DNA of 64,000 bases from assembly GCF_009834535.1 (NCBI RefSeq), contig NC_045696.1:60762001-60826000 (forward strand), read 5' to 3'. The position numbers and the translations under genes were made by a program. Under the pieces are notes generated by a model. The model had not been told where the DNA came from. It did not search any database and saw nothing but the letters and a program-made list of their open reading frames with translations. Shown here piece by piece: positions 42,001 through 54,000 of this stretch; the first letter of the stretch is position 1, and every line of letters starts with the position of its first letter. The stretch comes from Camelus ferus. Its lineage: Eukaryota.

Positions 42001-45000
42001 TTCTGAGACATGGCAACTTCCACTGCCTTTCATTGCTTTGTCTGGTGTGTGACAGTCTTCCATATGTATAATAACTTCATTTCAAGGCTGCTTCACAAAG
42101 AAAATTTTTTTAAAATATTTTATAAATAAAAAAGACTCTACATTTTTAAGAGATAATTGGGCTAAGGACATATCAAGTTATATGACAATTAGATGAACAG
42201 TTATTTTTAACATCTTACAGTTTAGCACAGAAGAGCTAATATTAAAGTTCAAATTGTTTTCTTAGAGAGGTATTTACTACTTTCCGAAGAGAACGCTATT
42301 GACAGTAGACTTTTTCTTTGGCATTGGTATTTACATTACCACATGCATAACAGTCCTATAACCTGAATCCCCCATCGCAGCCCCAGCCCGTTTTTTTTAT
42401 TACGAGACGCAATCTGGCAAATGCAAACTTCCTGTACTCTAAACACTTATAATATGGTTTGTTTAAGAGTTCCTATATTAGATATTGGGGAATAAGTCTC
42501 AGGGGAAAGTTTACCTGTCCATTTTTGCTTCCTGCTGACAATAGGCTGCATAAGAGATGATGTTTTCATGGCTGCACCTCTCAGTAGCCAGGGCACCAAC
42601 ATAAAGAACAAAGTCTGCGTCCGGGACGCCCTCCTGGTCTGGTACACCCACTGCTCCACAGGGCCACTTACCCCCACAGCAGACTCTGCATTGCTAAGCC
42701 CATGGGGGACAACAGAAAATCAGAACAGAGATAAAATTAGCTATAGGGACTTTTAATTTATAGTGAATCCAGACTCTAAATATGTATGATTTAATTTTTA
42801 TTTATTATCCCACAACTTTTATCAAATCGCATACTTCTCTGTACTCAATTCCTATCTCTAATTTTATTTTACTAAAATTGCTACTTTATATATAATAATC
42901 ATAAATGTATAATCTTAATTAAAATAAAAAATTGCTATTTATAAAGGGCATCCAATCAGGATGCAAAAAAGACAGAAATATAAAAGGTTTTTTTAAACCC
43001 TCAAACTAGGTGAAGATTATAAGGGACCTCCTTGTACACATTTTTTTTGCAACTTCCTGTGAATCTATAGTTATTTCAAAATTAATCAATAACAACTTTT
43101 TATCTAATGGAAATCTATTTCTATTATAAAGTAATTCATTTATCTTATTAGAAATTCAGATAATACAAAAGTATATAAGGTAAAAAGTTAAATTCGTCTT
43201 GTAATACTACTCTTGTTTCTACTTTCCTAAGCAAATTATTCTTTTAAGATCTGCTTTTTAGAGAACTTCTTCTATCAAAGCTCCTAAAGAATCATAATCT
43301 CCAAATTATAAATAGAAAAATCAGTAAATGGTGGGGTTTTCTTAGATATTAGTGATGTTTGTAGAGAGAGAAAAAACAGAAATCCTCATTTCATTACAAT
43401 GTTTACTCTTGCTTCTCTAACACATGTATATATAATTTTAAAATTTAATTACTTTAATATATTACTAGCTGATGTTATGAAAAGCTATGATTTTAAAGCA
43501 TTCTTTCCCAGGATCACTCATTTGTTTAAAAAAAAAAAAAAATCAGGACCCTGAAGAAGATAAGTAGAAAGCAGAATTTGGAAAAGCCAAGAGAATTAAA
43601 AACAAACAAAAAATAACTTTAGAAAAAAGCAAAACAAAGTGTTTTAGATGCCTAAGAAATGTCTCTAAATGTCTTAGGAAAAGAGATAAATACGTAATTA
43701 ACAAATTGTTTTAGTTTTTAAACATATCCCTAAAACCCTTTACACTCTCAAGAAATTTGTATTCTCAATAAATTATATCATAATTTAACTAATATTAATA
43801 TAGGCATATTTATAGTTTTGCAAAGAATATCTGTGAATATATATTACACACAAGTATTTTTATAGAATATATTTCTAGGTTGGGTTGAAGCATACAAGTT
43901 TTTTTAATTTTAAGAGATAATGTTAAATTGCCCTTTAAAAATACTAAGGTATGGGGCGAGGATATAGCTCAGAGTTTAGGATGCATGCTTAGCATGCACG
44001 AGGTCATGGGTTCCTTCCCTGGTAACTCCATTAAAAACAAATAAATAGGTAAGCCTAATTAACCACCTCCCCAAAAATACTGAGGTATATACCTACTAAA
44101 AGATGCTCTGGTGGGCAAAGATAAAGTTTAAGCTGAAATGATTCAGCAGCCCCAGAGGTAAATTGAAAAAAGGGAAAAAAAGGAGAAAAAAAATCATTAA
44201 ATTCATTTGAAAACCAATGAAAAAATAAAATCAGCATACCTAACTTGATTAATTTTGGTAGAAGAATTAAGCTTTTGAACTTGTCTGTAAAAGCTTCTTG
44301 GTGACAAGCAGAGATTCAAAATTTGTACTAAGTTTATTCTAAAGAATAAAAACATTGCTAAGAGTAGGGTGAATTACCTGGAGGTGCTCCTCAGGCACTA
44401 TAACTGGGCCACATTTTGTATGCTCTGCACATTTCTCAGTACAGCATCTATGGTGATCATTTTCCTTTCGTAGGTATTGGTATTGGTTTGTTGCACATTG
44501 TCTTCAGGTCATTTGCACATCAATTTAATTAGAAAAAAAAGATTAGTTAACAGCAGCTAAAACACTGTAAAAAACTAGCGGCTGCTATATTTTGTTCATT
44601 AATAATGGTTACTATTTTAGTTAGAAAAGTAGACAAAGAAAGAATTTTGGTTCCATGGGAAGTCCTCCTGATCCGGGTTTTCAAACACTCAGATACTTCA
44701 AAAGCCAATACTATACACATAAAGGAGGGAGGAAGGAGATGTGGGGAACAGGGGATAACCATATCTGAGGAAAAGATCCATTGGGTCACCTTATAATGGA
44801 AAATCAGGGAAAGAATGATTATACAGCAGATTCTCTTTTATTCTTTTTAGATACCTTGCAGTTTGGTCTCTAAGAGCCAGCATAATAGACTATTCTAGTA
44901 TAAATTACATAACTTGCCAACTGACAGAATGGGGAGGACAAAGTCCTAAACAATGGAAGAAAATGACCTGTGTGTAATGTGACATACCTGCTAAGTAATA

Positions 45001-48000
45001 TAGTGCCCGCAGGTCTACGGACCTGAAAAGTCTTCTCTAAATAATAAACAGCTTGTGGGAAAAGTTTGTTCTAAATAAAAGTGGAAAAAAACCAGTCAGA
45101 ATTACTGCCAAAAGATGAATTATATTTATAACAAGCAAGCATAGGATATTCATGACTAAGGGGAAAGAAGGAAAAGGCCTTATAATTCTGGAATACAGAT
45201 ACTAGTTAGATACAAGTTCACATTTGATATTAAGTTAGCCTTCTCATTTTATAACTTGATAAATATATTGGTGAAAAGTATAAATATATTCACTACTAAC
45301 ATCTTTTATTCAGTCATTCACAAAATAGTCATGTATATATTCCTCATTACTGAAGTAAAATTTACATACAACAAAATCCACCCATTTTAAGTATTCAATT
45401 CAAGCCATGAGTACTTATTACATACCTTTACAAGGTATCTTTTCTCAGGGAGCAACCTGAAAATATAATGACATAAAACATAAAAATTGCCATGCTAAGG
45501 GCAGAGTACAGTCTCATTTGTTCAGAATACATCTGGCAGGAGCCCCAAGGAATGCTTTGTGGAAACATGCAGTACCAGTCCCCTCAAATCTCAGTTTACC
45601 TCAATGAGCATTTAAGAGTTTATTCTGTGCCAAAACACAACGCCAGGCATGATAACATACTGCTTCATTTCTTCGGAAAATTAAAGATAGGGAAAGACAT
45701 CAATTACTCCTAGTACCTGTTTAAAAACTACTACAGATTCATTATTTTACCTGCTTTCTGGACTCCCCTTACACTAAACTAAAAATTAGGCTACATCATC
45801 TCTCTGGTTAATAACTTCATAAATATTCTCATTATTGTATACATTAGTACTTCCTCTTATTTTCCTCCAAGTACTTATTGTGGAAGTGCCTTCTAGGTCT
45901 GTTACTGACCAAATCCAAGTAGATATACACTGGTTCTGTTTAAATTATTCATGATGTGTAGAGTCAAACCATATCCTATGGCATTCATCTTTCCAAACTA
46001 AAAAGCATATTTAGCTTAATTCCATTTTGAGGGTGCATTAGCACCTAGTTCCATCTATGGAACTCTAGGTAACAGATGAAACTATCTTCAATAGTTTGAT
46101 TCTTAATTTAAAAAGATGACAAAATAATGGTGTACTTACTCTTCAATACTTTTATCATAGACAATCTTGATTCTTAAATGTTCATTAATATCTCTCTTTA
46201 CAACATGATTTGCCTTAAGATGGACCTTATTTATCACCTGAAAAAAAAAAAAGGAATAGATTTGGGGGGAAAAAAGTATAGATTAGCTAATTGAGGTCCC
46301 AACTTAAAATTAATAAACTAAAGCACAGAGAGTACCACACAGGGTCAACCCAAAGAGGAACACATAGTTATGAAACGGACAAAAATTAAGGATAAGGAGA
46401 AAATATTAAAATTAGCAAGAGAAATGCAATAAATAACATACAAGGGAACTGACAAGGTTATCAGCTGATTTTTCAGCAGAAAATCTACAGGCCAGAAGGG
46501 AATGGCAAGATATATTTAAAGTGATGAAAGGGGAAAATTTACAACCAAGAATACTCTATCCAGCAAAGCTTCTGTTCACATTTGAGGGAGAAATCAAAAG
46601 CTTCACAGATAAACAAAAGCTAAAAGATTTCAGCACCAAACCAGCTTTACAACAAATGTTAAAGGAACTTCTCTAGTCATCAAACCATAAGGAAAGAGAA
46701 CAAAAAGAAGAAAGAAAGAAAGACCTACAAAATACTGCTTTGGCTGTTTGGGGTCTTTTGTGGTTCCTTATAAATTTTGGAATTGCTTGTTCTAGTTCTT
46801 TGAGGAATGTCATGAGTATTTTGACATGGGTTGCACTGGATCTGTGGATTGCTTTGGGTAGTGTGGCCATTTTGATAGTGTTGATTCTTTCAATCCAAGA
46901 GCAAAGAAATCTTTCCATTTCTTTGTGTCATTTCGGTTTTCGGAGTATTTCTAGGTATTTTGTTGTTTTTTATGCAATAGAAATGTTTGTGCCAGTTATA
47001 AAATTCTGGTTTTTGAAGTGAAAAAAAAAAAAAGTGAATGAAGGGCCGCAAATGGCAAAATATCCTTCTTTCTTATAGGTGAGTTGTATTCCATTATATA
47101 ATACGTATATACTGCATCTTTATCTATTCAACTATTGATGTGCACTTAGGATGCTTCCGTATCTTGGCAACTGTAAATAATGTCGCTGTTAACAGCAGGG
47201 TGTATGTATCTTTTTTAATTAATTCTTATTTTTTGGTTGGCTTTATTCCTTTGATAACTATGTAAGTTTAAAAGCTAAAGCTCTAAACATTCTTAGAAAC
47301 AATGAACAGTACATATATGTAAATTAAAAAATACATGTGCAGTAAAAAAAAAAAAAGAAATGAGCTATCAAACCATGAAAGATCTAGAAGAAACTTAAAA
47401 GACATATTACTAAATGAAAGAAGCCAGTCTGAAAAGGTTACAGACTATATGATTCCAACCAAATGACATTCTGGAAAAGGGAAAGCTACAGAAACAATAA
47501 AAAGATAATGATTTCCAGGGGTTTGGGAGAGAGAGGAGGGAAAGAATAGATGGCACACAAGGGATTTTTAGGGCAATGAAATTATTCTGTATGATTCTAC
47601 AGTGGTGACTACATGTCATTATGCATTTGTCAAAACCCATAGAATATACAACATCAAGAGTGAACCCTAAGGTGGAGGGGGGTGGGAAAGGACAGACTGG
47701 GAGTTCAAAATTTGTAAATACTGATAGGCATATGCAGAATAGATAAACAAGATTACACTGTATAGCACAGGGAAATATATACAAGATCTTGTGGTAGCTC
47801 ATAGTGGGAAAAAAATGTGACAATGAATATATGTATGTTCAAGTATAACTGAAAAATTGTGCTCTACATTGGAATTTTACACAACATTGTAAAATGACTA
47901 CAACTCAATAAAAAAAAGTTTAAAACAAAAAAAAAAGAGTGAACCCTAATGTAAACTACGGACTTTAGTTGATAGTAATGTGCCCATGTTGGTTCATCGA

Positions 48001-51000
48001 TTTTATCAAATATGCCACATTGATGAGGGATACTGAGGGTAGAGGAGTATATATTTGTGGGTGGGGAGGGCTATGTGCAAACTCTCTGTATTTTCTGCTC
48101 AATTCTGCTGTGAACCTGAAACTGCTATAAAAAATAAAATCTATTAATAAAAAATTAATAAACTAAATTTCAAGTGTAACACTCCCCCCCCCCAAATAAA
48201 AGAACTAAATAAATGGAGAGACAGTTCATGCCCATGGATGGGAAGACTCAAATATTATCAAGATGTCAATTCTTCCCAACTTCATCTATAGATTAAATGA
48301 AATCTGAATCATAATCCCACAAATTATACTGTGAAATGTCAACAAACTGATTCCAAAGTTTATATTAAGGGCAAAAGACCCAGAATAGCTAACAAAATGT
48401 TAAAGAAAAAAAACAAAGGTGAAGGACTGAGAAAACCTGACCTCAAGATTTACTATAAAATTACAGTATCCAGACAGTGTGATACTGGCAAAAGAGAAAC
48501 AAATAGATCAATGGAACACAATAGAGAGCCCAGAAATAGATCCATAGAAATACAGTCAACTGGTCTTTGACAGATTTTGGCCAAAATCTGGAACACATAC
48601 AACACCAAATGCTGGCCAAAGATGTGGGGCAGCAGAAACTGTTATTCATTGCTGGTGGGAATACAAAATGTACAGCTACGCTGGGAGACAGTTTGGCAGT
48701 TTCTTACAAAATTAAACATATTTTTACCATAACTACCCAGTAATCATGCTCCTTGGTATTTACTCAAATGAGTTAAAAACTTACAGCCACACAAAAACTT
48801 GTTTACAGATGTTTATAGCAACTTTATTCATAACTGCTACAACTTAAAAGCAGCCAATGTGTTCTTCAGTATGTGAATATATAAATAAACAGTGGTAAAT
48901 CCAGAAATGGAGTATTATCCAGAGCTAAAAAGATGACCTATGTACCTTTCGCATCTGGGTAGTCTCGTCTAACAATTCCTCTATAGAAAAAGAAAAAAAA
49001 AAAAGATGACCTATGAAGTTATGAAAAGACATAGAGTAACCTTAAATACTTCTCAGTAAGTGAAAGAAGCCAATCTGAAAAGATTACATACTATATGATT
49101 CCAACTATATGACATTCTGGAAAAGGCAAAATTATGACAGTAAAAAGATCAGTGTTTGCCAGGGAAGGAAGGGTGGGAATGAATAGGTGGAGCACAGATG
49201 ATTCTGAAGGCAGTGAACTACCCTGTATGATACTGTAATGATGGTTACATGTCAGTATACATTTGTCCAAACCCACATAATGTACAGCACCAAGAGTAAA
49301 CCCTAATTTAAACTGTAGACTTTGGGTGGTTATGACGTGTCAACACAGTTTCATCAGTTGTAACAAAAGTACCACTCTGGTTGGGAATGCTGTATGCATG
49401 TAAAGAGGAACAGGGTATTTGGGAAATCTCTGTACCTTCTTCATAATTTTACAGTGAATCTAAAACTGCTTTTAAAAATTAACTAATTTTTAAAAAATGA
49501 AGATAGAAGACAATGGAACACATAGTTCAAGTGTTAAAAGAAAGCTGTTCAACACTTAAGTCTGTATCCAGTGAAACGCCTCCTCAAAAAAGAAGAGGAA
49601 ATACAGATATTTCAGATACACAGAAATGGAAAGAATTCATCAACAGCAGACCCCTACCACAGGAAACACTAAAGGAAGTTCTTTTTGGTAACAGAAATGA
49701 CACTAGATGGTACCTCGGATCTTGTCTTAGCTCAGGCTGCTGTAACAGAATATCACATACTGGTGGCTTATAAACAACAGAAATTTATTCCTCACACTTC
49801 TGGAGGATGGCAAGTCCAAGATCAAGGTACTTGAAGTCTGGGTGTCTAGTGAGGGCCCAATTCTTGTTTCTTAAGGCCATATTCTCAAATTTTCATTGTA
49901 GCCCCTGGCAGAAGGGGCCAAGAGCTCTTTCATACAGGTATTAATCTCATTCCTAAGGGCTCTGCCTTCAAGACCTAATCATCTACCAAAGACCTCACCT
50001 CTTAACCATTATGCTGAGAGTTAGGATTTCAACATATGAATTTGGGGGGGAAACAAACATTCAGTTTATACCAGGTCTATATGAAGGAATGAAAACAACT
50101 GGAAATGATATATAAGTAAATATAAGGCTATTGTGCATAAAACAGTTAATATAGCAGGCCTCTGCCTGCTATCTTTAGAAAGGCCTACTTGCAAATTTGA
50201 CCTTTCACTGGTCAAAGAACTTGAATGGAAAATAGTTCCCCTACAGTGATATAAAACTTCCCTAAGTGATAAGGGAGTCTCATTGTGCCAAAACTGTTAA
50301 TAGAAATAATATAGTTTATGCTGAACATTTGTTTACTTCTCAGAGCCAGGAATGTTAGTGAGTGAAAAGGTGCCTACATGACCAATCTCCAACAAAAACC
50401 CTGGGCTCCTAGACTCAGATGAGCTTCCCTGCAGACAACATTTTGTGCTTGTTGTTACAAATTACTGCTGAAGGGATTAAGCATGTCCTGTGTGATTCCA
50501 CTAGCAGAGGACTCTTGGAAATGAGGAAAATTCAATTAACAAGTTAAGAAGAAGAAAGGGAATTTTATTCAAGTCAAACTGAGGATTATAACCTGGGAGA
50601 CACACTCTCAGAAGTTCTGAGAGCTGTTCCTTCTACCTGTTAGAAGTCAAAGGCACAGTCACATACATTTTCAAGAAAGGATCGTACATCAAAATGACAT
50701 AGTGATATTTTACACAAAGTTCACCAAAGATATATAGTCCAGGTAAGTACACACAAAGCCAAAGCAAGCATCAAGTCACTGTGACCCCCTACAGAGTTGG
50801 GAAAGAACGCTATTCTTTTAAGAAATTACATTCCTAGTACCAGAAGAAAGGGAAAAACTGATCTTTTTGGTTGAGCAGGCATTTCCATCTTTGAGGAGGC
50901 CTGGTTAATGTGTAATGCAGATGCACACAGGGAGGGAGGGAGGAAGCCCAAAAAGACAGAGAGAACTTTATGTTTAGATTTTCTGGTCCTGCCTTAAAAT

Positions 51001-54000
51001 ATACTTATAATTTTGTTTCATCAGAAACATGTCTGGTTTCCCAAGATATATCATGCAAACATTAATCAAAAGAAAACCAGAGCAGCTATGTTAGTTATTA
51101 GACAAAGCATATTTCAAAACAAGGAGTATTAATTTCCAGGGATAATGAGAGGGTCAGTATGTAATGCTAAATGTGTCCAAAAAATACAATAATCTAAAAT
51201 GTGTAAACACCTAACACTAGAGCTTCAAAATACATGAAGCAAAAACTGAAAACTAAGACGAGAAATAGACAAATCTACAATTAGAGCTAGAGACTTCAAC
51301 ATTCCTATCTCAGTAATCGATACAAGTAGACAGAAAATCAGGAAGGATGTGGGAGACCTGGGCAGAACTAAAACTAACTTGACCTAAATGACATTTATAG
51401 AACCAACCACCTGCCCCAACAACAAGAGGATGTTCATTCTTCTCAAGTACACATGGAACATTAACCTGGATAGACAGCATTTTTGGCTATAAAACAAATC
51501 TTAAGAAACATAAAAAGACTGAAATCATATAAAGGGTGTTCTCTATCTATAACTAAATTCAACTACAATGCAATTACAAAAGGATAACTGGGAAATCTCC
51601 AAATACTAGAAAATCAAACAATAAACTTCTAAGTAATTCTTAGGTTAAAGATGAAGTAACAAAGAAGATTAGAAAATATTTTAATTGAATGAAAATAAGA
51701 TTATAACAAATTAATATTTGCAGGATATAGTTAGAGTTTAGAACTTTATAACAAAATATTTAAAGTGCAAAAATAATCTCAAATTAATCATCTAAACTTC
51801 CATCTTAAGAAACTAGAAAAAGAGCATATTAAACTCAAAGAAAGCAGAAGAAAGGAAATAATAAAGAACAGAAATCAATTAAATGGAAAATAGAAAAATA
51901 ATAATGAGAAATCAATGAAACCAAGAAGCGATTCTCTGAGAGGATCAATACAATTGATAAACCTCTAAGAATATTAAGGGAGAAGACACCAATAACCAAT
52001 ATCAAGAATGAAACAAGAGACATCACAATAGACTTTATAGACTGTGATACTGTGATTTATAATAAAAATATATTTGGTCTTTGTCCCACTTATGGAATTT
52101 CCTAAAACCCTTGGAATTTCTTAAATGACAAAAGTGATCAAGGTGTCTTTTGTCATGTTACTGAGGTAACTTTTGGAAAGCACCTAAAGATAGGGCCTGG
52201 TTGCCAGCTGAGTCAACCATGTGAATAGAAGACTGGAACTTTCAGTCCTTCCCCACCCTTTCTAAGCTCTGAGGAGAGGAGAAAGGCTGGAGATCAAGCT
52301 CACTCACCAATGTCTAATGATTTAATCAATCATGTCTATGTAATACCTCCATAAAACCTGAAAGGATAGGGGTTGGAGAGCTTCAATTGTGGTGAACACG
52401 TGGAGATTTCTGGGAAAGTGACATGCTCAGAGAACATTGACACTCTGTGCCCTTTCTCCATATCTTGCCCTATACATCTGTTCCATCTGATTGTTCTTGA
52501 GCTACATCCTTTTATAATAAACCAGTAATCTAGTAGGTAAAATCTTCTCTGAGTTCTGTGAACCTCCCTAGCAAATTAACCAAACCCAAGGTGGGGGTCG
52601 TTTTAACTTCTGATAGGTTTGTCAGAAGAACGAATAACATGGACTTGGGATTGGCATCAAGTGGGAAAAGGGGGGCAATATTGTAGGTCTGAACACTTAA
52701 CCTATGGAATCTGATGCTATCTCTAGGTAGACAGCGTTAGAATTGAGTTGAATTGTAGGACACTCGGCTAGTGTTGGAGAGTGGCTTGGTGGTGTGTGGA
52801 AAACCACCAACAAACTAGAATTGGAACCAGAACCCTTTACAGACATTTAGAAGACCAAATGGAAACATTAAGAAAAATTGTATTTCCATACATTTGACCA
52901 CTTTGATGAAATTTTTTGAAGGACATAACTTACCAAACACAATCAAGAAGAAAGAGACAACCTGAATAGTCTAATATCTATTAAAGAAAATAAGTTCATC
53001 GTTTATAACTCTCCAAAAGAGAAAATTCCAGAATGAGATAGCTCCATTCATGAATTCTAAACATTTAAGGAAGAAACAATACTGATTGTACACAAACTCT
53101 GAAAATAGAAGAGGAAGAAATATTTCTTAACTCATTCTGTAAGGCCAGCATTACCTTAATACCAAACTCAACAAAGCTATTGAATTAAAAAAAAAACAAA
53201 CCTACAGACAAATATCCCTCATGAATATATATGCAAAATCATAAAAAACTACTAGTAAATCAAATCCAGCAAAATGTAAAAAGAGTAATATAACATGATC
53301 AAGTGTGGTTTAATCTCAGGAAAATGTAAGGCTATTTTAAATGATTAATAAAATTAATAAGCCCCTAAAAAGATTGGACTAGAATAAAACAGAACAAGCA
53401 CAAATTACCACATTAGAAATAAAAGAGTAAATATCACTACAGATTCTACAGATATCAAAAGGATAAATTATTATGAACAACTCTGTCAATAAATTTAACT
53501 TGATGAAATATACTCCTTGATGAAATATACTCCTTGAAAAACACAAGTTACCAAGACTGACACAGGATCAAACAGAAACTATGAATATACTTGTATCAGA
53601 AAAATTGGATTTATCTAATCTTACATAGTGGTTGCTTGGGGCCAGAAGTGAAAATATGGATTTCCTATAAATGGACACAAGGGATCTTTCTAGGGTGATG
53701 GAAATGTTCTAAAATTGGATTGTAGTGATAGTTTTGCAACTCTGTAAATTTAATGAAAATCACTTAATTGGACACTTAAGTAAGTCAATTTAATGGTATA
53801 TAAATTATAGTTCAATAAAAGTACTTTTTAAAACTCTCTACAAAGAAAACTCTAAACATTTAAGGAAGAAATTTCATATAAACTCTTTTAGAAAATATAT
53901 GATGGAACCTCCCAACTCATTATGTAACACAGGTATAATTCTGATATCCAAAGCTAACAAAAACTTCACTAAAAAAGGAGATTATAAATCAATATTACTC

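Noticed and set aside
43953..44030. Possible tRNA gene
   Set aside because: Degenerate B box, SINE tail and TSD indicate a SINE.
53504..53537. 17-bp tandem duplication (similar 19-bp repeat at 35235-35275)
   Set aside because: Ordinary slippage events in intronic or repeat DNA with no functional cue.
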